A stretch of DNA of 64,000 bases, taken from Deltaproteobacteria bacterium. Its GTDB lineage: Bacteria; Myxococcota_A; UBA9160; SMWR01. Each line of letters begins with the position of its first letter. Within the stretch, counting starts at the first letter, position 1. A program made the position numbers and the translations under genes. This document shows positions 1 to 9,739 of this stretch, in pieces. Under the pieces are notes generated by a model that saw only the letters and a list, made by a program, of their open reading frames with translations, had not been told where the DNA came from and did not search any database. The DNA is taken from NCBI GenBank assembly GCA_032128375.1, contig JAQBGU010000099.1:1-64000 (forward strand), given 5' to 3'.

Positions 1-84
1 CATCGATCCGCTCCACTGTCAGACGAACGCGCAAATGGCGAATTCACCTGGCTCCCATGCGGGCCCGATCGGATCCAAAATGGG

Positions 85-168
85 TAGCGGAGGCGGGACT
101 CGAACCCGCACGGCCGTGAAACCGGGGGATTTTGAGTCCCCTGCGTCTACCAGTTCCGCCACTCCGCC
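85..168 (-). tRNA. tRNA-Leu(CAA)
   Basis: Reverse complement reads GGCGGAGTGGCGGAACTGGTAGACGCAGGGGAC-TCAAAA-TCCCC, long variable arm, GGTTCGAGTCC T-loop; anticodon CAA; 3' end reads ACCCA rather than an exact ACCA. Confidence 0.95.
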
Positions 169-237
169 AAGGACGCGCAGCATACCACGCTAGAACTTTG
201 ACAGCCCCCCGGGGTAGATGTATTTTGCTTCGTTCGT

Positions 238-313
238 GGGGCTGTAGCTCAGCTGGGAGAGCATCAGGCTGGCAGTCTGAGGGTCAGGGGTTCGATCCCC
301 CTCAGCTCCACCA
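238..313 (+). tRNA. tRNA-Ala(GGC)
   Basis: GGGGCTGTAGCTCAGCTGGGAGAGC...CT-GGC-AG...GGTTCGATCCCCCTCAGCTCCACCA, 76 nt, encoded CCA. Confidence 0.97.
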
Positions 314-316
314 TTT
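269..316 (+). repeat. att site copy 1 (48-bp 3' half of tRNA-Ala)
   Basis: Identical to 1982-2029. Confidence 0.93.
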
Positions 317-321
317 GATTC

Positions 322-356
322 GCGGGGTTGGCGTCTTCGGCGTCGGCCCCGCTTTT
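322..356 (+). terminator. Rho-independent terminator after tRNA-Ala
   Basis: GCGGGGTTGGCG...CGTCGGCCCCGC stem (with G-U pairs) followed by TTTT. Confidence 0.7.
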
Positions 357-414
357 CGTTGCAGCCGGATAGCGCCGTTTTGCGCCATCGTCGAAGCTTG
401 CAAAGCTGAGATCA

Positions 415-765
415 ACCGCGAAGCGGGCCGTGGGCAGCCGCTGCACGATCTGCCGAATGGCAGCCTTCGCTCCCCCGTGGCCCTTCACATGAACGCAGCG
501 CCTCGAAAGGGCCAGGTGCTCGCCGAGCACCACGGGCATCGCCTCGAGTACCAGCGCATCCCTGGCTGACCACAGGTCGATATGCTCGCCATTCTCGCGG
601 GTACGCGCTCTTGTGTGCCGAAGCCGATGCGCCCGCTGCGCAGCTCCGCTTGCAGCCGCACCTTCTCCTCGGACCAGTCGCGCCGGAAGGACCAGACATC
701 GGCCGCATCCGGCCAACGTCGCCGCTGGCGACGTGGCCACGCGTAGGCGTGATCGAGCACTGGGT
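415..765 (-). pseudogene. N-terminal fragment of a group II intron-like reverse transcriptase, frameshifted and truncated
   Basis: Joining two frames gives LDHAYAW..RR..DVWSFRRDW..EK..LRSG / GEHIDLWSARDALVL...HVKGHGGAKAAIR, matching my recollection of the N-terminus of a bacterial RT family; stops before the catalytic motifs. Confidence 0.65.
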
Positions 766-828
766 CCGGGGATAGGCGGAGGGATAAACGTCGCCGGTGT
801 CTCCGAGACGGGCGCGCGGCTCACCCTG

Positions 829-1017
829 TTAGGCTGAGTCCACTCGAGCGGACTCGGGATGAACTCTCACCAGTTCCCCATTAATCGCGAACACGAGCGC
901 GGTGCCGGTAGCCGCCGCCACAGCCTCGGCCCGAAGACGAGCCCGCTTGAGCGCAGCCAGTGCACCCGCAATTTCCGGATTGGAATCGGCTGCAGGTTTC
1001 GGCTCCTTCGATGTCAT
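829..1017 (-). CDS. Small protein, putative antitoxin partner of the zeta-like ATPase
   Basis: 62 aa, 4-bp overlap with the upstream gene, typical of the COG4185 partner arrangement. Confidence 0.6.
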   Translation of the reverse strand: MTSKEPKPAADSNPEIAGALAALKRARLRAEAVAAATGTALVFAINGELVRVHPESARVDSA

Positions 1018-1529
1018 GTGTTCTCTCCGTGCTCGATTACCGCCGGCTCGTCGCCTGCGTTGTCATAGAGTATCCAACTCGTCACGATCGGCTTGTAAAG
1101 CCGCTCGAAGTTGTCCTTTCCTGCCCAGAACCGCCTTCGGATAACCTCTTCGGCCACCGAGTGGCCACCTTGACGGACCCGTTCGGCAACCCGCGCTATC
1201 GCTAGTTCCGGGGTAGGTAGCGACAGAAAATGAAGCCATACGTCGTAACCGGCTGCGCGCCACTCCGGAATGGCACGCGCGTAGCCTCTGCCTGCGAGGG
1301 TCGTCTCGAAACCAAAGCCCTCGGAGCGCCGGACAGATTCTCGAATCATGTCCAGCATGATTCGACCAGCACGCAGGGATGCGAGCTCCGGAGCGAACGG
1401 CGAGAGCCCCGCGGCGATCAAATCGGCATTGATGAAGATCGGGCAGGCCGCCTCATGAGTTAGAAACTCACGCGCAAAGGTCGTCTTCCCCGCCCCGTTG
1501 GGACCGGCCAGAATGTAGACCCGCTGCAC
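1014..1529 (-). CDS. Zeta-toxin-family / COG4185 P-loop kinase
   Basis: YILAGPNGAGKTT Walker A, FINAD, FETTL, GGHSV; GTG start with AAGGAG RBS. Confidence 0.85.
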   Translation of the reverse strand: MQRVYILAGPNGAGKTTFAREFLTHEAACPIFINADLIAAGLSPFAPELASLRAGRIMLDMIRESVRRSEGFGFETTLAGRGYARAIPEWRAAGYDVWLHFLSLPTPELAIARVAERVRQGGHSVAEEVIRRRFWAGKDNFERLYKPIVTSWILYDNAGDEPAVIEHGENT

Positions 1530-1958
1530 AGCCGCTCCTTCGTTTGAGACACGCTCTCCGCATTCATTGCCAAATTGGGAACATCCTGGCTCGAAGCGCC
1601 CACACTGTCGCTGATGAATCTGAGCCGCAAACACTCGTTGCGAGGTATAAATCGCACCTTCTCGAAGGTCCAGTGGTGCCTGAAGGACCGGACTTCTCAG
1701 CATCCGGCGAGCATCGCAGCTGCCGGCATCTCCAGGGATAGACGTAGCCGATCACCAGGTCCCGCATCACTTTGATCGGAGAGGACGAGCCTCTCCGGGT
1801 CGGCGCGTGTCCGATTCTTTGCTGTGATCCGACGGTTTTGATGCAGCGCGCGTTCAAATCGGGAGCCGGATAGAGCCGGGAGCCGGCGCCGGTGCAGTCC
1901 TGTGCCGCTCCCTGCCACCGCTCGCAAGGCAGGAGACGTAACTACGCTCAACTACGCG

Positions 1959-2411
1959 TCACTTCTCACCCTTCTTGCGTTCTGGCAGTCTGAGGGTCAG
2001 GGGTTCGATCCCCCTCAGCTCCACCATTTTTTCATGAGGCGCGGCAGATACTTGTCGCGCCTCATGTCTTTCCGGGCTAACACGAGGTTGTGTGCTGGGG
2101 TCACTTGAGGGGTCACTCTCGTGAGCGCCGAGCCTGGCGAGAAGGTCGGCGGGCACTTCACCGGGGTCGAGTGACACCGGTTCGCGATAGCTGTCACCCT
2201 CGATCCACTTCGCGTAGTGCCGCGCCGTCACGCCAGCATCAGCGTGGCCAAGTTGTGACGAAACGTATCCATGCGGCACACCCGCCGTCAGCAGCTGGGA
2301 AGCGAAGGTGTCCCGGAGATCCTTGATGGCACGTTGACCTATGTCAGCGCGCTTCAGAATGCGCCTCCATTCACGCTTTCGAAAGTTCGCATCATCGACA
2401 TCAGCGAGCAC
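1959..2411 (-). pseudogene. C-terminal fragment of a tyrosine recombinase/integrase
   Basis: KDLRDTFASQLL..GV...VS.QLGHA....TARHY catalytic box; N-terminus missing at the IS256 end. Confidence 0.85.
1982..2029 (+). repeat. att site copy 2 (tRNA-Ala 3' fragment)
   Basis: 48-bp perfect direct repeat of 269-316; lacks the 5' half of the tRNA. Confidence 0.93.
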
Positions 2412-2434
2412 AAAGTCTCGCGGACTCGGACTTG

Positions 2435-3845
2435 GGATGTGCCCCGAATCCCGTGGAAATTGGCGACGGCCTACCGAACCGCTGGTTGAAGAAAAGCGAA
2501 CATAGCGCAGGAGCCCAAGCCGTCGTTCAACGCGATGTGGTGTCTACGGTTCATCATGCTGCGGTTTCCTGGGCGGGAGCAAGCAGCTCCGCGACGCGAG
2601 GCCACCCATCGATCCGGCGCATCTGGATCTGCCCGAAGGCGACGAGGCCATAGGCAGGGTGACAGCGGCTCTTCACTCGAGAACGAGCCCTGCGTCTTGG
2701 TTCGGCGACGGAACTCACGGTTGAGGTTCTCGATCGAGTTGGTCGTGCGCAGCGCTCTCCACATTGCTTTCGGGAAGGTGTAGAAGGTCAAGAGCTTCGC
2801 TCCGGCTTCCTCCAGGCTCTTGACCACCGTCGGGCAGAGTGAGGTCCATTTCTTCAAAAACGCGGTGTACGCCTCACGCGCTGCGAGCCCATCGGTTGCG
2901 TAGACGATCCCGTCGTAATCGCGCTTGAGTTCGCGGCGCGCGTGTACCGGACAACACTTCTCAAGGTTGCGCCACTAGTGCAACGTACACCGCTGTACGG
3001 AGGCCTCCGGCCAGACTTCGACCACCTTGGCAAGGCCCCGGTGTCCGTCCGAAACCACCAGCAACGGACTTGGGAGCCCGCGTCGAGCGAGATCTCACAC
3101 CAGTCAGGACCAGTGCTCTCCGGCCTCGCTTACCGCCAGCTCGAAGCCCCAGCAAGCGCTTCGTTCCCTCCTCCGCGACACCCAGTACCACCAGCACAGG
3201 CACGCTCACCACGCGACGCGCCATCCGTACCTTGAGGTGCATCCCGTCGAGGAACACGATCGCGTACCGCTCGTCGGAAAGTCCCCGCTCGGTCCACTGT
3301 GCGAACTGCTCTTTGAGCCGAGCGGCGACACGCGACACCGCGCTCTTCGACAGATGTTCCGACCCCAGCAAGGCTCAAGCGCCTTGCGGATGCGCCGCGT
3401 ATTCGCGCCCGCCAGATACGCACCGAGGATCGCTTCGTCGACCTCGCGCGTCCGCCGTTGGTAGCGAGGAACGATCTCGCTGTGAAAACTCCCGCGTACT
3501 TCCCCCGTCCTCGACGATCCGGCCACGCGGCACATCGAGATCCTCGGTGCCCAGCGCTGTGGTGATCCGGCGCGTCTCGTGACCGTTGCGGTAGACGCTC
3601 CTCCGAACGCTCGAAGCGGCTGATGCCGAGCGCCTCACTGAGTCCTTCTTGAAAACCGTCCCGACCGCTTCGAGAACGCGGCGGCGAAGTAGATCCTGAA
3701 TGTTCTGACGCAGGCGGATCACATCCGCCCCGCTCGTGGTACCGTTCGACATGGCGTAGCCCTCCATCGCCTTTCTTGGCGATTTGCTCTATCAGCTCGG
3801 AAGGTTACGCCACCTCACATTTTCCACTGAACCCGGGACAGATCC
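2435..3845 (-). mobile_element. Degenerate IS256-family insertion sequence
   Basis: Imperfect terminal IRs GGATGTGCCCCGAATCCCGTGGAAATTG / GGATCTGTCCCGGGTTCAGTGGAAAATG; no matching target duplication seen. Confidence 0.8.
2471..3752 (-). pseudogene. IS256 (mutator-type) transposase, multiply frameshifted
   Basis: YRNGHETR, LSKSAVSR, YAIVFLDG, RTTNSIENLNREFRRRTK motifs spread across at least four ORFs. Confidence 0.9.
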
Positions 3846-3856
3846 TTAAAAATTCT

Positions 3857-5254
3857 ATGAAACAGTTTACCAGAGAAAATCAGATCCTTGTTGGCAGTCT
3901 TTTAGCATTGTATGCGGTGACCGGTGGTTTGCTCTATTTGGCCGCAACTCGCGAATACCATCCCATTGCAGGCGGCGATACCATCCGGCTGGTCATACTG
4001 TTGCTACTGCTACCCATATTGATCAAATATGTGTTCCAACTGGTTTGCGCGCCGTTTTATTCGGTTGTCGTAAATCACCGGGAGAAGCAGGGCCTGGCCG
4101 AGCTGACACCGTCGGTTTCGGTGCTTATCCCCGCGTGGAACGAGGAAGTCGGGATTGTGAAAACCATCCAGTCGGTGCTCAATGCGCAATATCCGAAGCT
4201 GCAGATCGTGATTATCAACGATGGCTCAACGGATGCGACGCATGAAAAGGTCACTCGGTTTATCGATGACCACCTGCTGGATCTTCACGAAGGGGTAACG
4301 CTGAAATACCTCAACCTTACCAATGGCGGAAAAGCACGGGCGATGAACCGCGCACTCGTCCATGCCATCGGAGACATCGTTATCACCATCGATGCGGACA
4401 GCGTAATGGATCCGGGGGCCATCACAAATCTCGTAAAGCAGTTTACCGACCCGACCGTCGGAGGCGTTGCCGGAAATGTAATTGTCGGGAACCGGAAAAA
4501 ACCGATCGAATGGATGCAGCAGTTGGAGTATCTCTACGGGTTCTTTTTCAAGCGCGCCGATTCCCTTTTCAATTCGGTTTATATCATCGGCGGTGCCGCT
4601 GCGGCATACCGTAGAGAAGTCCTTCAGCAGGTAGGGCTCTTCGACCACAGCATCATCACGGAGGACATCGAGATGTCCACCCGCATATTGGCGTGCGGCT
4701 ACAAGACGCGCTATGCCGCCGACGCGGTGATCTACACGGAAGGACCGTCGGATTTAAAGGGGCTTTGCAGTCAGCGCTTGCGCTGGAAATATGGGCGCAT
4801 CCTGACGTTCATCAAGCATCGCAAACTATTCTTCAGCCCTCGGCCCCGGCACAATCCCTACCTGACGTTCATGCTGCTGCCCTTGGCGGTGTATGCCGAA
4901 ATGCTGCTACTTGCCGAAACCGTCATACTATCGGTCTTTTTCGTCTATACCGTGGGCACCAGCGACTATGTTCCTCTCGCTATTCTCGTCGTGCTGCTCA
5001 CATCGGTTATCGGCATGCAGATTCTGCTGGATTCAAAGAGGCGCTTTCACCGAAATCTTGTCTTGATCGCACCGGTGGCCTGGTTGGTGTTCTATGCCAT
5101 GGACATGATTGAGTTGCAGGCACTGATCCGCAGTATCAAGCGGCTGATCACGCGAAAGGAACTGAAGTGGCAGAGGTGGGTGCGTGTCGGGGTGGTGAAC
5201 GAAGCGTGCATCATGAACAAACAGGGGTCCATGGCTGCATTCGAACAAGTGTAG
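3857..5254 (+). CDS. Processive GT2 glycosyltransferase (PgaC/IcaA/cellulose synthase-like)
   Basis: IPAWNE, DGSTD, DAD, TED, QRLRW motifs; N- and C-terminal TM segments; visibly AT-richer than flanks. Confidence 0.9.
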   Translation: MKQFTRENQILVGSLLALYAVTGGLLYLAATREYHPIAGGDTIRLVILLLLLPILIKYVFQLVCAPFYSVVVNHREKQGLAELTPSVSVLIPAWNEEVGIVKTIQSVLNAQYPKLQIVIINDGSTDATHEKVTRFIDDHLLDLHEGVTLKYLNLTNGGKARAMNRALVHAIGDIVITIDADSVMDPGAITNLVKQFTDPTVGGVAGNVIVGNRKKPIEWMQQLEYLYGFFFKRADSLFNSVYIIGGAAAAYRREVLQQVGLFDHSIITEDIEMSTRILACGYKTRYAADAVIYTEGPSDLKGLCSQRLRWKYGRILTFIKHRKLFFSPRPRHNPYLTFMLLPLAVYAEMLLLAETVILSVFFVYTVGTSDYVPLAILVVLLTSVIGMQILLDSKRRFHRNLVLIAPVAWLVFYAMDMIELQALIRSIKRLITRKELKWQRWVRVGVVNEACIMNKQGSMAAFEQV

Positions 5255-5455
5255 CTACCCGAAATATCGCACGATCTCGGTTTCGGCATTTTCGCCGAAC
5301 AGTATCCGGGCGGCTTCTTTCGAACCGGGAGCGTTGCGGATGGTTTCGCGGTAGACCACGAGCGCCAACTTCGAGCGCCGCCGCACAAAATCTTCAAGGT
5401 GCACCACCATTTCGTTCTTCGCGGTATGAACCAGCTCGGCGCGGGAGCAGGTAGG
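5255..5455 (-). pseudogene. C-terminal fragment of glycerol-3-phosphate dehydrogenase-like protein
   Basis: RAELVHTAKNEMVVHLEDFVRRRSKL resembles the GlpD C-terminal domain; no N-terminus. Confidence 0.55.
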
Positions 5456-5509
5456 TGAAAGAAGCTGCGTTTCAGCGTGCCCAGCCAGGTAGCGGGTGGC
5501 AAGGCATCG

Positions 5510-5673
5510 GGTGGGCCTCCATACACTCCGTCGAGTACAATGCTGTAAAAATGGGGTGTCAAATTCAAAGCCGAGCCGAATCGCTGGATCGCCGTTACCG
5601 AGCCACACTGCGCCCGTTGCACGCCATGATGGATGCGGGCGCGGCGGCGCGGGTCGGCGAAGAGCGCACGCAT
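5510..5673 (-). pseudogene. IS91/ISCR-family (Y2 HUH) transposase fragment
   Basis: GSVTAIQRFGSALNLTPHFYSIVLDGVY, a degenerate version of QRFGSALNLNxHFHxxxxDGVY. Confidence 0.75.
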
Positions 5674-5675
5674 GA

Positions 5676-5750
5676 AAGACGACGAAATCCGAATCATCTG
5701 CCCGGAGAGCGACCCGAGGCGAAACAGCAAGCTACGAGGGAAGACGATGA
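5676..5750 (+). pseudogene. BrnT toxin C-terminal remnant
   Basis: DEIRII followed, after a frameshift, by ARRATRGE, resembling the BrnT RIISARKA motif; ends overlapping the brnA ATG. Confidence 0.5.
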
Positions 5751-5995
5751 GAGACGAGTACGATTTCAGCGACGCAAAGAAGCGGCCCGAGGTGGCGCGA
5801 AGCCTCGGAGCCAAGAAGGCCGTCACAATTCGGCTGGACGAACAGGTCATCGACTACTTTCGCGACCTCGGGAAGGAGACCGGCGACCCCTACCAGACGC
5901 TCATCAATAGCTTCCTGCGCGACTGCGTCCACAAGAATATGAGGCCGACCGGTGAGTGGAGCTTCAGCCCTGGAATAGAGGAAGACGGCGAATAA
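5747..5995 (+). CDS. brnA: BrnA-family antitoxin
   Basis: MRDEYDFS...VTIRLDEQVIDYFR......YQTLINSFLR. Confidence 0.85.
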   Translation: MRDEYDFSDAKKRPEVARSLGAKKAVTIRLDEQVIDYFRDLGKETGDPYQTLINSFLRDCVHKNMRPTGEWSFSPGIEEDGE

Positions 5996-6277
5996 GAAGC
6001 GGACCGCGGCGAAGCAAACGACAAAGAAGAAGTCATCCGGCGCCAGGTGACCGCCACGGGATGGAGCCGGCAGGCGAAATTGGAACACTCGAATCGGAGA
6101 GCACGATCTTTCCAAATGGTGGTGTAAATCAGGGTATGTGAAAGCCGTGGCCGAAATGATCTACCTCATCGCGCTCGACGATCCGAGCCGAATCGTGCCG
6201 AACGGAGATGCGGATCGAGGCGAGCTGGCGAACGGGCGTACCATCAGTTGGCACGAAAGGTACCCTAAGCTCTCGGC

Positions 6278-9200
6278 ATGACGCTCTCTTGTCTCAAACT
6301 ACCGCAGCGGTTGGCGCTGGCTGTGTTCGCGGGCTGCGTCGTGTTTGCCCCGATGCAGCTCGCGCAGGCTCAAGGAAATCCAGATTCGGGATCTGCGGCG
6401 CCCGAGTCGGGCGCTTCGGCGGGGTCGCCGGGCACGGAGGACGTGCGCGGTCGGATCGCCGAGCTCGAATCCGAGACGGCTCGCGTCCAAACGCTCGCGG
6501 AACAATGGGAGGCGCGAAGCGCCGAGTTCGCGCAGGCACGCGAGGGCTCCCCGCAAACGCTCGCCGCGATCGAGGTCGACCTTGTGCAGCTCAGGCTCCG
6601 CGAACCGACCCAGATCCACGTCGATCTTCCGTCTTCGGAGCTCGAGTTGGAGCTGCTCGGACAGGAGCAGGAGTTCGACCTGGCGCGCAAGCTAGCCGTT
6701 GAGCTCGAGGCCGAGACCTCGTTGCGCGCCGCGCGCCGCAAGCAAGTTCCCGACCTGCTGGCGGCTGCCCGGGAGCGGCTGCTTTCGCTCGGGGCCGAGA
6801 CAGCCGCCCCGGCGAGTGAACCCGCGCTCGCCCAGGCGCGGCAGCGGCTTTCCCAAACCCGACGCCGTTCGGTGTCCGCAGAGATAGCCGCTTACGAAGA
6901 GGAACTCCGCAGCTTCGATGTGCGCGGCCAGCTCCTTGCGTTGCGTCGCGAGCGCGCGGCCCTTCGTGTGGCCGCGCTGGACGCCCGCGTCGAACGACTG
7001 CGGGAGGCGCTCGCCGCGCGGCGCCAGGGCGAAGCGGAGCTTACAGCCCGGGAAGCCGAACTCTCCTTTGAGCTTGAGCATCCCGAGACGATGCCGCCGG
7101 CCGTGCTGAAGCTGATGCGCGGCCTCGCAGCCGAGAACCGGGAACTCGCGCAGCGGCGCACCGGACCCGATGGTCTGCTCCAGAAAATCGAAGAAACCAG
7201 CAGCAAACTCGTCCGGGCGGAGCAGCAGTTGGCCGCTGTGTCGGCGGATCTCGAACTCCTGCAACGCAACGTAGAGGCCGCGGGGTTGTCCGGCTCGGTG
7301 GGACTGCTACTCCGCAGGGTCCAGTCCGACGTTCCGGACGCGAGGCTGTACCGCCGCTTCATTCGTATGCGGCGCGATCAGATCAGTGAGGCGCAGGTCG
7401 CGCAGATCGAGTTGGTCGATCGCCGCCGGGCGCTCGACGATGTAGTTGCGGTTGTCGAGCGGAAGCTGACCGAACTGGAGCCGGCCGTTACGCTGGAAGA
7501 CCGCGTCATAGTGGAGACGCCACTTCGCGATCTGCTGGAGACGCAGCGCGTCTACCTCGACACGCTGATCGCGGATACCGAGTCCCATTTCCAAAAGCTC
7601 GTCGATTTCGATGCGCGGCAGCGGGAACTCGTGAGTCGCTCCCAGGCCTTGAAGCGCTTCATCGACGAGCGCGTGCTCTGGATCCCCAGCGGCGAGCCGA
7701 TCCCGCCCACGCTCAGCACCGATCTGCAGGGCGGGCTCGCCTGGTTGATGACACCGCGTTACTGGGGCCAGCTTCTGCCAGCGCTCGTCAGCTGGTTCGA
7801 GCGGACGCCGCTGTCCTTCGTTGGCACGTGGCTATTGCTACTCGTACTGCCCTTCGCGTCGCCGCGCATTCGCAGCCAGATCGTGCGCTTCGGTGAACAG
7901 GCCGGCGATCCTCGTTGCATCAGCATGGCGCCCACAGCCGGAGCGATGTTGTTGTCACTCTTGCTGGCGCTCTGGGCGCCGGTGCTGCTCGGTTTTCTGG
8001 GCTGGCACCTGAGCGTCTCGGTCAGTGCCACCCAGTTCGTGCGCTGCGTCTCGACGGCAATCATGGCCGCGTCCTTCGTGTGGGCCACGCTGCAGATCCC
8101 GCGCCAGTTGCTTCGGCCCGGCGGCATCGCCGTGGCACATCTGGGTTGGCCGGAAGCACCCAGCCGGGACTTGCGCCGAAAAATCCGCTGGTTGACCGCG
8201 CTGGTGATCCCCGCCGTCTTCGTGATCGCGCTCTTCGAGGTGCGCGCGGAGGAGGCGTGGAAAGAATCACTCGGGCGCCTCGCCTTCCTGCTGCTGATGG
8301 CGGCACTGTTCGTCTTCAACCATCGGATCCTGCGCGGCGACGAGGGGGCCGACCTGCGGCGGATCGAGAGGGCGCGCTCGGAGTTCTCGGTTCCTTCGTG
8401 GGCTTGGCGCGCCGTACGCACTTCTGCGTTGATTGCAGTGTTCGGTCTCGCAGCTGCCGCCGTGCGAGGCTACTACTGGACCTCTCTGCAACTCGCCGCA
8501 TCCACGCATGTAACGCTCATCTTTCTCTTTCTGGTCGTGTTCGGCTATCTCCTCGGCTCCCGCTGGCTGCTCCTGGCAAGCCGCCGGCTTGCCCTACAGC
8601 GCTGGCAGAAGGCCGTGGCCGAGCGGCGCGAGCGCAGGGTCCAGGACGAGGACAACCCGCCTGCTGAGTTGGAGGAACCCGAAGTCGATCTCGCGACCAT
8701 CGATGCGCAGACGGGGCGACTGCTCCGAATTGGAGCACTGCTCGCGGCCGGAATCGGTGTCTGGGTGATCTGGGCAGATCTCCTTCCCGCGGCGGGCGCG
8801 CTGCGAGCGATCGAACTCTGGCAGACCCATACCGTTGCCACCGTGGAAATCGTCGATGCGGCGGGCGAGAACATCTCGAGCGTCGAAGAACGCCTCGTCG
8901 CCATCACGTTGGCCGACCTGCTGCTGGCGCTCGTTGTGGCTGCTGCCACCTTGGCGCTGGCGCGGAATTTGCCGGGGCTGCTGGAGATTTCGCTGTTCCG
9001 GCGGCTCCAAACGAGCGCGGGCGAACGCTACGCCTATGCCACGATCGGCAAGTACGCGGTCACGATCATCGGCACATCGGCGGCACTCAGTGTCGTGGGA
9101 ATCGGTTGGTCGAGCATCCAGTGGATGATCGCAGCGGTGGGCATCGGCCTGGGTTTCGGGCTCCAGGAGATCTTCGCCAACTTCATCTCGGGATTGATCA

Positions 9201-9718
9201 TCCTCTTCGAGCGGCCGATCCGCGTCGGTGACACCGTGACCGTCGGAGACGTCAGCGGAACGGTGACAAAGATCCGAATTCGCGCCACCTGGATCACCGG
9301 ATTCGACAGAAAGGAGCTGGTGGTTCCGAACAAGGAATTCATTACCGGCCGCCTCGTGAACTGGTCGCTCTCCGACGGCACCCTGCGCGTGGATATTCCG
9401 GTCGGAATTGCCTACGGATCCGACACCAGGAAGGCTCAACGGGTGCTCGAAGAAGTAGCCCGCGCGAACCCGAACGTCATGACGGAGCCCGCTCCGTTCG
9501 CGCTGTTTCGCGGTTTCGGAGAAAGTTCGCTCGACTTCGAACTGCGCGCCTTCAGCCCTGACGTCAGTCACTACGTCAAGATCGTCCACGAACTCCATAT
9601 GGAAATCGATCGCGCCTTCCGCGCAGAAGGCATCGAGATCGCATTTCCCCAGCGCGACCTCCACGTGCGCACGCTGCCACTCGCCGTGCCCGCGATGCCC
9701 GGTGGCCCGCCGAACTGA
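6278..9718 (+). CDS. Large MscS-family mechanosensitive channel (MscK/KefA-like)
   Basis: Signal peptide, long coiled-coil periplasmic region, many TMs, GLGFGLQEIFANFISGLIILFERPIRVGD, IAFPQRDLH. Confidence 0.93.
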   Translation: MTLSCLKLPQRLALAVFAGCVVFAPMQLAQAQGNPDSGSAAPESGASAGSPGTEDVRGRIAELESETARVQTLAEQWEARSAEFAQAREGSPQTLAAIEVDLVQLRLREPTQIHVDLPSSELELELLGQEQEFDLARKLAVELEAETSLRAARRKQVPDLLAAARERLLSLGAETAAPASEPALAQARQRLSQTRRRSVSAEIAAYEEELRSFDVRGQLLALRRERAALRVAALDARVERLREALAARRQGEAELTAREAELSFELEHPETMPPAVLKLMRGLAAENRELAQRRTGPDGLLQKIEETSSKLVRAEQQLAAVSADLELLQRNVEAAGLSGSVGLLLRRVQSDVPDARLYRRFIRMRRDQISEAQVAQIELVDRRRALDDVVAVVERKLTELEPAVTLEDRVIVETPLRDLLETQRVYLDTLIADTESHFQKLVDFDARQRELVSRSQALKRFIDERVLWIPSGEPIPPTLSTDLQGGLAWLMTPRYWGQLLPALVSWFERTPLSFVGTWLLLLVLPFASPRIRSQIVRFGEQAGDPRCISMAPTAGAMLLSLLLALWAPVLLGFLGWHLSVSVSATQFVRCVSTAIMAASFVWATLQIPRQLLRPGGIAVAHLGWPEAPSRDLRRKIRWLTALVIPAVFVIALFEVRAEEAWKESLGRLAFLLLMAALFVFNHRILRGDEGADLRRIERARSEFSVPSWAWRAVRTSALIAVFGLAAAAVRGYYWTSLQLAASTHVTLIFLFLVVFGYLLGSRWLLLASRRLALQRWQKAVAERRERRVQDEDNPPAELEEPEVDLATIDAQTGRLLRIGALLAAGIGVWVIWADLLPAAGALRAIELWQTHTVATVEIVDAAGENISSVEERLVAITLADLLLALVVAAATLALARNLPGLLEISLFRRLQTSAGERYAYATIGKYAVTIIGTSAALSVVGIGWSSIQWMIAAVGIGLGFGLQEIFANFISGLIILFERPIRVGDTVTVGDVSGTVTKIRIRATWITGFDRKELVVPNKEFITGRLVNWSLSDGTLRVDIPVGIAYGSDTRKAQRVLEEVARANPNVMTEPAPFALFRGFGESSLDFELRAFSPDVSHYVKIVHELHMEIDRAFRAEGIEIAFPQRDLHVRTLPLAVPAMPGGPPN

Positions 9719-9739
9719 GCGCCGGCGGCGTCAGCCCAT

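Noticed and set aside
132..569. 145-aa ORF on the + strand
   Set aside because: Overlaps both tRNAs and the RT relic; no protein-like features
314..830. Active retron, DGR or group II intron
   Set aside because: The RT is a short frameshifted fragment without catalytic motifs; no msr/msd, TR/VR pair or intron domain V recognised
1982..2029. Second tRNA-Ala gene
   Set aside because: Only the anticodon loop to CCA is present; the 5' acceptor strand and D arm are missing, so it is an att copy
6115..6123. AAATGGTGG as a third att site closing the island
   Set aside because: Only 9 bp and inverted relative to the att repeats; compatible with chance
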